From Trichoplax adhaerens (lineage: Eukaryota > Animalia > Placozoa): DNA of 64,000 bases. Below the pieces are notes generated by a model. That model did not search any database and was not told the DNA's origin. It saw only the letters and a program-made list of their open reading frames with translations. Every line of letters begins with the position of its first letter. Positions within the stretch are counted from its first letter, which is position 1. The stretch spans positions 1,722,911 to 1,786,910 of the forward strand of contig NW_002060944.1 in NCBI RefSeq assembly GCF_000150275.1, written 5' to 3'. Of this stretch, positions 51,642-64,000 are shown piece by piece. A program made the position numbers and the translations under genes.

Positions 51642-54600
51642 TTACAATTTATCTTCCCAGAGGAAGTAGCTACAGCCTGCGTAAATCTTACGTTTAGCTG
51701 TTACAGTTTTCATATAGTTTGTGTCTAGCATTGGATTACACGCCTTCGTGGCACACGTATAGAATGTACGACCCTCATTTGGTCCGGGTGAACCGACGAA
51801 ATATCGACGAGCTCTCTTACCACAGCAACACAGAGGAGGTGTACGTTTGTATTGACAGTTGTAATTATTGGCGTCTGCTTTTAGAGTCGTAATGGGTGTA
51901 AAAGCTTTGTTAGCAGGCGAATTCACTGTACTTGGGGCCTCGGGTGTAGTAGTACCGGTATTACATGATATGTTTTCCTTTCCTGAGGTATGGCCTTCAC
52001 CAGAGGCATGATTTTTGATTTTATTGAGATCATCAATATTTAGACATCTGAAAGGGACTGGGAAAGTATTAATTTTAGCTTCTCTTGCGCCACTATTTAC
52101 TAAATCTCGAGCACTATTACAGTACTGGAATGAAGATTTCTGGGTAGAAACCGTACATGGGTTACCAAATGTTGCGGAATTATCAGCGGCAACTGGTATG
52201 TTTATTTCAGGCTTGATAAGGTTTACTGACGTTGATAAATTACCAGGTGAACTCTCATTATTGTTAGCTGTTTTCCGATCCCTAATGGTATTGCAAAGAG
52301 GCTCTTCGTATAGGCCCAGATTCAGATTGGGACTATTCTGACCGTTATTAAATGCAGTTATTGGAGAAATGAGACTTTTATAAGGAGTGCTTACATCTTT
52401 CGTTGAATGTATATGTCGATTTGGCTTTACCATGTTTTCATTTAGAACAGAATAGCTGCTAAAAGATGTTTTAGATTTTTCGCGTATGCAAAAATTGTTA
52501 CTGTGATCACTTTTATCGTTTATTCTCGTTAAATTTTTATACTTGGAGCTAGTGTCCTGGTACTCATTCACTTTGTACGATAGTGCATTCATTCTTTGTT
52601 TCAGCATTTTATCACCGGAATTAATATCTTTTTGACCTATCATGCCAGTAGCAGCCATTGAAGTCGATGCTATCGAAGCTGCACTCGTATTAGACAATAC
52701 AGTTGTGGCATTTGCTAGATTGCGATTAGCTACGGAACAAGTAAATTTTTCTTCCTAGAGAGCATTTCATAACATTATAATAAAATTGAGTATCATTGGA
52801 GGATCACTTCTAAGTCTAGAATTATCCTACTAACTGGAGGTAGTGCTATCCTCTTGGTTACATCTAATACGCATCCATCGTGGACCATTTTTGAGCATAA
52901 TCTTGCTGTATTCTTAGAATCATCTAGTCCTTTGATAGTAAAACAATCCTTTTTAATCTAGTGGCATGATGTAAAACTGAGATATTGCTATAGAATAAAT
53001 AAAGCTACTAAGGTACGATTTATGGATTAGCAGACAAAGCGATGTAATCTGCTGCAAAGAACTTCTATATTATACCTGAATGTTCTCGACCTATAAACTT
53101 TAAACCTACACTCTCCATACTGCCATTTAATCCTGTCGGCTTCTTACCATAAAACCTCTGTTTAAATAGTTTAAAGTTTAGTTTACATTGACTTTTATTT
53201 AATGTAAGAAAGATTGATTTACCTTGTATAAAGCTCTCAGATCTATCCACTGGTAAAATTCAGTCGGTAGTTTAATTTGCTTTTTCTTACATTCATAATA
53301 AAGACATACACCGATGTCCCAATCTTCGATTTGGCAATAGATGAGCGTAAGTTACGTCATAACTAGCTCATGCAATATCGCATGATAAATTATAGCACAA
53401 TATATAAAATAGTTGACATTACAAGCATTAATTAATTATCATACAACCTGACCATGTCACGAAAATACAGTTATAATAGTTTTTGTGACCAGCATCGCGG
53501 CAATTTTTGTTAAACAGACGTATGTTCTTATTTTTTATTATTTCATCCAGCCACTTACGAAAGGATACTAAACAAGTAGCCAGCGGTATTCCATCATCTA
53601 CTTGTTTCTGGGGGCATGATTGTGTATAATTGTATAAAAAAATTTAAGTAAAAGTGACAAACATAACTGTCCATCGTTTATTTTAAGGCTTATAATTAAT
53701 TATTCTTACCTGAGTAATTCCGGTTAGAGTTTTACAAAATTCACTCAGTTTTGGGTTGATAGTCGGCTGGACATATTGATGAAAAACAGCTTCTATCTGC
53801 TGCGTTAAGACGTTTAGCAATACAGCCGGGAATTCAACTAAAGAATGAATTAGAATGGCATCTTATTTATTACTGAACAATACGTAGTTCCTATTCATCT
53901 ACCTCTATTGATTTATTCTCTAAATAACGTCATATCGTATTACTGATTTCGCTACTATATCTTGAAGAGTTATCTTTCCAACAAGTAGCTTCGAAATCTA
54001 TTATGATCACATAAGAAAATTTTTGACCTGGAAGAGAATATTGCAATGTTACCCGTTAGAAGACTTCCTCAGATTTTTAATGTATCTCTAGCAAAGAAAT
54101 GTATCTGAGAAAATATATATCAATTTATATGGAAATACTCACATATATTTCTTGAACGTTTTTTACAAGGATCTTCAGACGATGTAACTCGGGATCTCTT
54201 TCTAACCAGCCCCAACTGTCTGCAGATGAGAGTTAAGATATTATTCCCTTAGGTGAATGTGAGATGACCATAATTGGTTGTAGAAACAGTAATTGAGGTA
54301 TTATAGTTCCTAATTGAAAACCGCCTACACCACACAGTGCTGTAAGTTAAATTAAATTAAATTGTTTACTGTATTAAAAAAATAATATCTCGATTTTTCG
54401 TATTACTTCAGCAGAGCCCATAGTTTACCTTTTTCTTTTGCTAAATAATGTAATAATAGCAAACTACAGGAAATTTTATAAATTTTACTCCTGTAATTTC
54501 GTATCGATATAGTATTTCAAGTACGGTAACTATATGATATACAATTAATAAGTACGATGTACAGTATTGTAAAAGGTAACCCTAGCGATAGCCACATAGG

Positions 54601-54899
54601 TAATAAAAAAGTGTAAAAATCCTGCATGATCTTAGCTATGATCCACACTGTACAGTACATTACGTAAGCACAATTAAGCTTTTAACTACTGTTATTTAAA
54701 TTTTTAACAGATCACAGTAAACAAATTGTTTTATCGAGTATTTAGTAAACATTTGAGATCGTGGTCATCATGGTTCGTTAGTAAACAGTAATCTCTCTAG
54801 TTTGGCCACTTGCACTAGCTTACGATAGTAAATTAAACAAATAGAACAGTAATGATAAAAATAACATGATTACCTGGCGATTTCCTTAGTAGATTTCAT
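51642..54899 (-). CDS. ERI2: ERI1 exoribonuclease family member 2 (DEDDh nuclease plus C-terminal GRF zinc finger)
   Basis: Motifs MKSTKEIAR|QLGLVRKRS, VIIDFEATCW, EFPAVLLN, PKLSEFCKTLTGITQ, FVTWSDWDIGVCL, GREHSGLDDSKN. The long last exon ends in TPPLCCCGKRARR...GPNEGRTFYTC...GCSYFLWE. Stop at 51642-51644. Confidence 0.93.
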
Positions 54900-55379
54900 C
54901 TAATATGAAAATATAAATGTTTCTTTCTTTTTATTACACTTCAAAAAGCTACTTATGAATTTCTTGCAAGGGACGCGGATTCCATAAATGCTGTACGCTG
55001 TGTTGCACACATTTAAACCTTGGATATACCTTTCTTGCTAAATGAGAATGAAATATAACGTACAAGTATGACATACAGACTAAGGAGGACCAGTTAGGCC
55101 AGATTAGAAGGTCTTTAAGGTTTTATTTAGGTTTCATTAATTTAACGTAATCGGAAACTTTTTTTCGAAATAAATGTAGGTCAAGTATTTTTAATCTGTT
55201 TTGTGTACAAGGCTATTGCAGCATTTATCATACGAAATAAATGATATTGAGCAACAAAATATATGAGCGAACATTACCACTTTATCACAAAATGTCTCGA
55301 TGTCATATCCGTTGAAAACGACTTGTTGTTCTTTAGTTTTAAAAAATTAATTTTATTATTTTAGGTTTATAAATTCAAA

Positions 55380-55590
55380 ATACAGTACTGTACTGTACAA
55401 TGTACAGTACATACCGTACAGTACAGTACAGTACAAGTTTACACTGTACACTGTACAGTGATTTGAAATTTTGAGACCATTTCTAGGTAATCTGAAATAT
55501 CGAATGAAAATCGGGTGTACAGTAGACTCTACTGTACAGTGTACACTACAAGTGCAGCACAGCATTTTAAAGCTGCACAATACTGTATAA
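55380..55590. repeat. (ACAGT/ACTGT)n block upstream of ERI2
   Basis: Pentamer array about 500-700 bp 5' of the ERI2 ATG. Confidence 0.85.
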
Positions 55591-56358
55591 GTTCTGTGAA
55601 TCAGTTAGATGATAACAAAGGCAAATCAACTGTAATATTGAAGTCTCGAATATTTATTATTAACTAAAATTAAGTTACTGTACGGCAGTATACGCTTCTA
55701 AATAACACAAACTAAGTCGAATGTCCTCTGGCTGACAGAGTCAGAACTTGAAGTGAATTTCAAACGCACATTTAAGTAACTTATTGTACTGTATATCGGT
55801 ACTACAGTACGTTGGTTGCAGTAGAAGTTTCTACTTAATAGCAATGACTATTGCCAGTTTGCTAGCAAAGCTTAAAAATTAATAGGAATTCTTTCGAACG
55901 AAAGCCAATAGACTACAAAGTCGAATTTAGTTTAGGGATAATTTTATTAACGGTAAATAACAGACCTTTGTACGGTATGTACACATAAAAACTCCAAAGG
56001 ATTACAATTTTGAGCAATTTTCTTTATAATATCTATCAATTAGAAATTTCAAATGGAAGGATATTGCACAATTAACCAATAGATAAAAATACTTCGGTTA
56101 CCTCTAACCAAGGTTTTCACGATTTATGAACGCCTTCACAAAGCACTTGAGCATTCGTATAAACCCTGCCTATTTATTCTTTCTAATATTGTGTATTAGG
56201 CAAGCCGTGTAAATTGATCCTCGTAAAGACTGGTCAATTAATAAGTGAATTTGTTTTAGATTTATTATAATATAAGCTCTTGTAAGCCAGGTAAACAAGA
56301 CTTATTCCCCGGTAACGAGAACTCGTTATTCTTAATAACAGCAAGTTTTTACTTTTAA

Positions 56359-59300
56359 TTAATCAATTGCCACGACATTGCTTCTAAATTCAGTTTTATG
56401 ATCTTTAATGAAAGAGCTCCACTCTGAGTCTTCACAGTTAGTTATCCCAGTACCGGCAATCAACTTTAATGAAGCATTATTTACGTCCCGATCCTTGACT
56501 CCAACACAAAATTTATATGTTTCCCAAGATTCTGAAACTAAGGAGTCGATCCACTTCTTGTTAGAATAAATATTATCGTAATTTAAACGATTACTTGTGT
56601 ACATAACGTTTGAATTAGCTTCACCCAATCTAGGTAATTCGGCTAAATAGTCATTTCCGAGGGCTGATGAAGTCTGCAGGCCTCGAATTAGTCTACTGTC
56701 TACAGGGAACAAAATGAACTGTAGCTCTGAAAAGATGATATTATTGATGCTTAAATAAACTTTCCATCTTCCAGGGATGACTGGTTTCAAAATTTCTGCC
56801 TTGAAATAAGAAAATCTCCAATTGGATTCGATAGCCAAGAATCTATGATCAGCTATTTCACCGTCAGGTTTAACCCACGTTAGATTACAATGAAATTTAG
56901 GACCCAGTCTCCATCTTTGAAAAACAGTTAGCTCATCGTTTGCTGACAATATACCATAGTTGCGAAAGATTTGCTCTTTTTTATCTAAATTACTACCAAC
57001 CTTTGGAAAGAGAATACAGTGCATAGAAAGTAAATTTTTCATACGTGCAATTCATATCACTGAAGAATACGAAATGTGGCAGCTGATGCTAGCAACGATG
57101 AGTTTTACCTGCATATCATACAGACGCTCTGCGCCTTTACTTAAGGGCATAGCCCACGCTAGTTGCCTTTTTTTCATCCATACTTCTAGAATTAAATTTG
57201 TAGAAATTAAGAAAGAGACTAGCATCCCGGCAAAAGTATCGTTCTGATTAATTAGGACAAGTTCCGCAAATTCCAGTGATCGATCAATTTTCTTTTTCAA
57301 TAAAGACGTCATATTACTTCTTGCTAAGCGCATGCAAGATTCAATGTAAAATTTATAACGGCTACATTTTCCAGCAATAAATTCGCTAGCGTGGCATAAA
57401 TTTTGCCAATAATGGTATCGGTTTGGTTGCCTGAGCTTCTTACCAAGTAAAAGTTCGTCAATCATGTTCAAGATCTCTTGATTTACCAGTGGTTCAAATT
57501 TTCTAGCGAAAAATACTGCCTTCGACGTATCTATTCTTGATATATCGCTGCGTCTATAATTACTTGGTGAGCATCCGCACCAATCAACAATTTTCCGATA
57601 TTGACAATGACACGATAGATTAGTCTTCCAATTGATCAATCGAAGGTTATCATAAACTATTGTGCCACAGAATTCACTATTTCGGAGAACAACGTGAAAG
57701 AATGACTCCGCTGGGAGAAGAGCATATTTATAAAATAGAATTATGTCGTTAATAAATGGATCACTGGAAGTTACTAGGTAACTACAAAACTGGTAGGATA
57801 AAATAATCCAATCACTTCCACCATAAAAATGCAAATGGGAGGGAATGCTCCTCTTACCAATTCGCCACATACGATTATCACATTCGTAGAATAGGAAATT
57901 TAAACCTTGACGTTTGACGAACTCAGCAGTGGAAATCGACATACTGGAAATGAAGTTTTTTCCTTTTCGAAGAGACAGGTATGCGGTAAACTGATCAATT
58001 TTTTTTATTGGATAATCAGAACCGCTCAAGTTAACATAAAAATCCCATTTCCATTCCGAGAATCGTTCTAATAATAAAACGTCTTTCATACAACGTAGTA
58101 AAACATCAAGGAAGCTTGAACTACCCCACATTGGCTCAAGATTCCAAGATGTTACAGCTATGTTTCTCTCTTTTCGCGTATCAATAAAATCCCTTATTTT
58201 GTTGCACAGGTATTCACTCCTCTAAAAACGAAGGAAAGAATGAAGCTTTAAAAAAATAGGAATATGTATAAATTACTTGTTATTTGTGCATTTCATAACT
58301 TCAATCCAGTAATTTAGTTATTTAATTATTTTTATATACAGGTATGCTTACAATAATACTGTTATGGTTGTAACGCACATTAGCCTCATAATATCAACAA
58401 ATGCAACCATATTTGATGCTTTAAATCGTGACTGACAATAGTTAATGGATAATAAAGGTTAAGGTGCTTAACTAGCATTTTCTTTTAGTAGTCTCTGGCA
58501 TGAATAAGGTAACGTCTAGTAAAGTCACTAATCTCATTTAGTAGTAGTACAAAAAGTAAGTATTCGTATGTTCTAATAATAATAACTGTGATGGCAAAAC
58601 ACATTGCTGTACACGGTTATCATACCTTCTCATCTGAGTTGTTACGCTACGATCAGATTAATTATTTCATTTTAATCACTTGATTAATTTAATTATTGCT
58701 ACTGCAGCACAGCACTCCTCTTACCTTGTCAGTATGTATGTAGTAATAATGATTCTTGTTGTAGATAGCGGTTAATAAACGCTTAAATTGTCGAAAATCA
58801 CGTCCATGGACAATAATTATAAACAGGATTTTAGCCGGTGCATAATCCTAAAATAATCAAGCGTGATTCAGCACAGGAGAATATTATAAGTTTTCTTTCA
58901 TATTTCATAGAACCGCGAATAGCAGTAATAGCATTATCATGTGTTAAGAAGGTACAGAAAGTACGTAAATAAATTATTTTAACGAAAATATATCGCATTT
59001 GTAGGGGAATAATGATACTATAAGATACGAATGTATAACATTAAGTAGTCTAACTCAATTAAGAAATTTTCTGTCACAAAAAGCACGATATAATTTCATG
59101 AAAGGTAGAAAATTGTATTAATTCATAATGAACGACATATTATTAAACGTTTTATAGCAGAATTATTTTAAAAAACATCTTTTCGTTAATTTAAAATGTT
59201 TACGTAAAATCAAACATAAAATATAACAATACACTGTAAAAATAATTACGAGTAGTAAGGTACAAAAGTTAAGCCGTTTACTGGTACTGTACACTGTACA

Positions 59301-59988
59301 GCGATAGCTATAATATGACCTGATCAGTAGATGATTGTTCATCGCTAGATCTTGGATTACAAGGTTTAGAAGGCAAGGATACATTGTATAACATCCTGAT
59401 TTTTGCTAAACACGCCGTCTGCAGTATGCCTATTTTACAATTCAAACTTCCAGCTCGCCTATAGGCGCTTAATGTTAACTCGTCTTCAATGCGACAGACT
59501 GATCCATAGGAACTTTCAATTAAGATTTTACTTTTGGTAACCAAGCTTCCATTGCATCGATTCTCAATAAGAATGCTATTATTATAAACTTGTACAATTT
59601 CGCACTCTAATTCCAGATCACGAATATCCATATTCTATCGATCAATTATAAGTACAGATAGATACATCAGCATCTCAACAACAAATGTAGTATTGTCCTA
59701 TGTCTAGGGCTGACATAATAATACAGCCACTGAAAACAGTCAACATTTTATGGCGAATATTGTTGTGTATTAAACATGAAGAATGAGTGAGTGTGAGTGC
59801 TGTCTCTTGTTTACCTCCTCGAACCCGATATTTGTGGTACGAACCTTTTCATGATCTTGAGATCTCGGATTAGCGCAGTCGTCCAATGATGGAGAAAGAT
59901 TATAAAAAAGAAATTGAAGGGATAAACTTGCCAATATTAAGCCAAAAAGTAACTTGCAACGGATTCGAGGCATGACGTAAAGTTGCAT
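56359..59988 (-). CDS. XYLT1: Protein xylosyltransferase (XYLT1/2, GT14), type II membrane protein, about 5 exons
   Basis: N-terminal TM anchor (LLFGLILASLSLQFLFY), stem motif SAYRRAGSLNCK, AKILFIIVVHGRDFRQFKRLL..IY...HYYYIHTDK, WDFYVNLSGSDYPIK, GGSDW, LLPAESFFH, WCGCSP, FFARKFE. Intron 57001-57108 joins the two long ORFs. Likely co-orthologous to XYLT1 and XYLT2. Confidence 0.93.
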
Positions 59989-60239
59989 CTGAGATTCATA
60001 AATAAATTTAGGAACAAGTAGTACTGCTACATTTTTAATTAATTTTATTTTAATGTACAGTACTACATCTTCAGTTTCTAATTTTGCCGTAGTTAAAAAG
60101 TGTTATAGGTGCATAATAATACTATTATTATATAAATTAATTGATTAGATTTGCTTAAAAGAATTAAAACTTGAATTTTTCCCAATTTTAAGTGCAGCAC
60201 TCCCCTTTGAAATGCCGTTTTTCTACACTATCATACACA

Positions 60240-60482
60240 AGTACTGTACAGTGTACAGTACTGTACTGATTTTGTATTTATTTATTTATTTTACTGTACG
60301 TACTGTACTGTACTGTACACTTACAGTTAGAATGTTATTAGAGATCCAGGGCATACAGTACAGTAGTACTGTATAGTACTGTACGTACACACTACAGTAC
60401 AGTACAGTACAGCACTAGCAGTTCTGGGCAGAGCGGCAAGCAATGATATTGTTAATAATAGTACTGTACTGTACAGTACAGC
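60240..60482. repeat. (ACAGT/ACTGT)n block in the divergent XYLT/NARS2 promoter
   Basis: Pentamer array between the ATGs at 59988 (-) and 60605 (+). Confidence 0.9.
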
Positions 60483-60604
60483 ATTACTGAAGGCAGTACA
60501 ACTGATATACCGTATACTATAAGTGGTGTGGATATGTGAATTAATTTTATTATTTCGATAGATGTTTTGAATCGTACTAGGCTTGAAAGAGATTTATTTT
60601 TGAC

Positions 60605-63565
60605 ATGAATCTTATACGGGCTCAATGTATTATATCTCCTTTTAATCGTTGTATGAACAATAAAACCGTTCTAATGTGGTATAAACATGTTCGTGCATAT
60701 GTAACATGTACTATTAAAGAGATCATGCTAGGAGAAATTGCTCGAAAACGAGAGAGGATTACGATTAAGGTTTGGTATTCGCATTAAATGCGTTGAATAC
60801 AATAAACATAAATAATTATATTACAGTTATTTCTGTTATGAAATTTTATTTGTATTTAAGATATACTGACTGTAGTGTGATTTCGAGGTATTTATCTCCA
60901 GGGACTTCTCTTCCTGTCATCTCCTGTACTTAAGCCCCTAACCATAACCTTGAATCTTACTTATTGTTAATATAATAAAATTACAATACTGTACTATGAT
61001 TCTTCCTACCGCTGCTAGGGATGGGTGCGATTATGTCGATCTCAAAAGAACGTAATTTTTTTAAATGTAAGTGATGGCTCTTGCGCGAGTAAGCTACAGG
61101 TGGTTCTTCCCGCTTCCGCTTGCACGAAGTAAGTTAGCCATATTTCGGGAATGTTAGTTTCTACTTTCTACTTTACATATTCCAATACCGTTTAAGAAAA
61201 TCCAAGGAATGGGTGAATAATGATGATAAATAATAGCTAAAGGATCGCTGCTTCTATTTCAATAGGCCGCCTACAATTGGAAGCTCTGTAGAAGCATGTG
61301 GAGAACTAGTGGAAAGTAGCCACAAGGGTCAACTTTACGAATTACAAGCCGATACAATTACTGTATTAGGAGATATGTTAGATTCTAACGTGAGTACTGT
61401 ATACTTTAGAACACGAGCTCTGACAAGCGGGTGACATAACATATTACAGTATTAGTAAATTTGGATCGCGAAATCACAGATATATCTGAATTTATGCTTT
61501 TACGATGCATACAGTTTCCGTTTGTTCCTGGAAGACGCTATAGCCTAGAGTACTTGAGAAAATTTCCACATTTACGAGCAAGAACTAATGTTTTCCAAGC
61601 ACTTTTGAGAATAAGAAGTCAAGCTTGCATGCAACTTCATAAATACTTTCAGGTCTAGTTATATTCAAATAATGTTGGATACGGTCAATTGTCAATGGTT
61701 TTTTATGGCTTTATCTTTTTGAGGCAATGCTTGTAGTATAAGTATAAACCCTAAAGAAAATAAATTTATGAGTGTAAACTTAATTGAATTAAGTAAGAAG
61801 GATCTGCTATATGCATACAGTAATAATAATGTTCGGTATTTCATTGTTTATATTTAGGATTACTATTATACATTTATTCACTCTCCAATTATAACTTCCA
61901 GTGACTGCGAAGGTGCCGGAGATTTGTTCACTGTCACAGTATGATCATATTATATTATATTCTACACCTTTTTTCTATCATTGTATTAATTGTATTTAGA
62001 TTCGCTATTCATAGATTATATTAATAACCTAATTTAGCCTAAAAATAAGGAAAACACTGACAGAACAGATGATCAGCGAATTAATGACTTTTTCAATAGT
62101 CCAAGCTTTTTAACAGTATCAGGGCAGCTTCATGCTGAAGCTCTTATGAGGTTTTACTTTACTCATAAATGGTATTGATCAGTAAAAGTAGAATTACAAT
62201 AGTATTGACCATTTTTGCTTTGTATTTCAGTTCACTATCACATGTATATACCTTTGGTCCGGCTTTCAGGGCTGAAAAATCTCATACACGCCACCACTTA
62301 GCAGAATTTTACATGATCGAAGCTGAATCTACTAGATTCGATAATATGGAAATACTAATCAGTGTGAGTGATCATATGCACCATACTATATATACTCATC
62401 CATACATATATATTCTTTTATGCTACTACGAAGTATCGTTTCTTATATCGGTAATAAAAATTTGTGCGCTACTTAGAGTACAGAACACTTCGTTAAAGAA
62501 ACTATAAAAAAGTTATTGGTGATATGCCAGGATGACCTAAGCTTATTTGATGGATTTGTTCCTCCAAATCATAAGGTTACATTAAAGATAATATATATTA
62601 AATAATACAGCATATCTTGATTTGGGAGACATCTCATTCGAGATTAACACAGACTTTTCATTGGTATATACTTCACAGTCATTGATACTTACTTTCATTT
62701 ATAGATAGCCTTGGATGACTTCCTAAATTTCTCATGTACCAGGTGAAGTTAATGCTCTTAGTAAATTCACGCAGGTATTTCCACCCATCTAATATGTTGT
62801 TATAATGTTTAGAATGACTTATAAGGACGCAATAAGTGCTTTGGAAGCCACCAGCAAAAAGTTTACCACATATCCTAAGGTGGATTAAATAGAATTTGTT
62901 ATGGCTTTGCTCTTTCAATTTTTTATGCTTATGTACATATTTCTATATATCTATTTAGTGGGGCGAAGAATTACAGAGTGATCATGAAAATTATTTGATT
63001 CAAATGAGCGGAAATAAAGGACTTTTTATAACAGATTTTCCTGCTAAATTAAGGCCTTTCTACTGTAGAAAAAATGATGATGACAAAACAGTTAGTGATT
63101 ATCGGTCCTAATTATTAGATCTAATTAACTTATTTAGATTAAGCTGTATTACCACGTTTATTTTAAATAAAGCTAAGTGACTGTACTGGGCTAAATTTAT
63201 ATTAGGTTGCAGCTTTTGACTTTTTAGTGCCTACTATTGGAGAACTAATAGGCGGAAGCCTTCGTGAAGAAAGATTTGATTTATTATTAAACAACATGAA
63301 AACCTTTAATATATCGCAGGAATCCTATTCCTGGTACAATGGATGTCATATTTACTAACCTAAGAGCTAGCCTTCCTTAATGAAGGTATTTATTTAATTA
63401 TATTTATAATTGGTCGCTAGGTATATTGACTTAAGAAGATATGGTACTATCCGTCACGGCGGCTTTGGAATGGGGTTTGAACGATTCCTACAGTTTATCT
63501 TAGGCCTTGCAAATATCCGCGATGTCATGCCATTTCCTAGATATTCTGGATCGTGTAAATTATAA
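60605..63565 (+). CDS. NARS2: Mitochondrial asparaginyl-tRNA synthetase, multi-exon
   Basis: Motifs [118 protein letters not shown]. Stop TAA at 63563-63565. Confidence 0.96.
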
Positions 63566-64000
63566 AAGAGCTAAAGTACAGTTTACGTATGCATTTGCAA
63601 TAACTTATTTTGCGAAACCTAAATATTCATGTTTAGTTTAAAATCTGAAAGCTGCTAGTATTTAAGACTATGCGTATTGTCCTAATGTCATAGTGAAGTT
63701 TGGAACGTCAACGGTAAATTGCACAATGAATTGATAGAAAGATCTACTATTAATGAATATAATTAACTTTTGGACCGGCAGATACATTGTTTACTCTTTT
63801 GATATGTACTACTGCATGTTTCAAAAAAGAAACACAGCTTTGTTGCATAACTTAAATTGCACATTTCTGTTTGCTGATGTATCTGAAACAAATTAAGTCG
63901 TGCGCGAGTAAACGTGAAGATTTACATATATGAAGATATACTCATATCTTTGCTATTGGTATGATGAATAATTAAGTTTTGACTTTTAAAATATCAATAG

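Noticed and set aside
47121-57247. Antisense ORFs 47121-47327, 47772-47960, 52015-52341 and 56960-57247
   Set aside because: Shadow ORFs opposite long coding exons, with no recognisable motifs.
60935-60951. CCCTAACCATAACC as a telomeric repeat or telomerase template
   Set aside because: Two imperfect units in a NARS2 intron; too short to support either call.

Overview
AT-rich, intron-dense eukaryotic (animal) DNA. The short GT-AG introns, compact spacing and (ACAGT/ACTGT)n blocks at gene starts fit a placozoan (Trichoplax-like) genome; this is inference. Manual splicing gives ten protein genes in order: MGRN1/RNF157 (+, 5'-truncated); two tandem TEX47/DYBLUF-like BLUF-fold genes (-); a type I membrane protein SP-SRCR-EGF3-SRCR-EGF2-SRCR-EGF2-SRCR-EGF5-SEA-EGF-TM (+); UBALD (-); FDXR (+); a short STX8-like Qc-SNARE (-); ACADVL (+); ERI2 (-); and XYLT (-). 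An eleventh gene, NARS2 (+), ends the window. Non-coding features are a 487-bp solo LTR with a 5-bp target duplication, Helitron-like 3' ends, a 41-bp hairpin tandem repeat, ACAGT promoter blocks and a 50-N gap. The strongest leads are: (1) the duplicated BLUF-like ciliary genes, which share a minor-spliceosome (U12) intron with non-canonical ends (AT-AA in one copy, GT-AT in the other); (2) a scavenger/mucin-like receptor whose SRCR2-4 domains appear to have swapped one disulfide pair; (3) an STX8 lacking its Habc domain; (4) an ACADVL that kept only its last intron. Gene identities come from remembered family motifs, not database searches. Exon boundaries were read by eye and may be off by a few bases.
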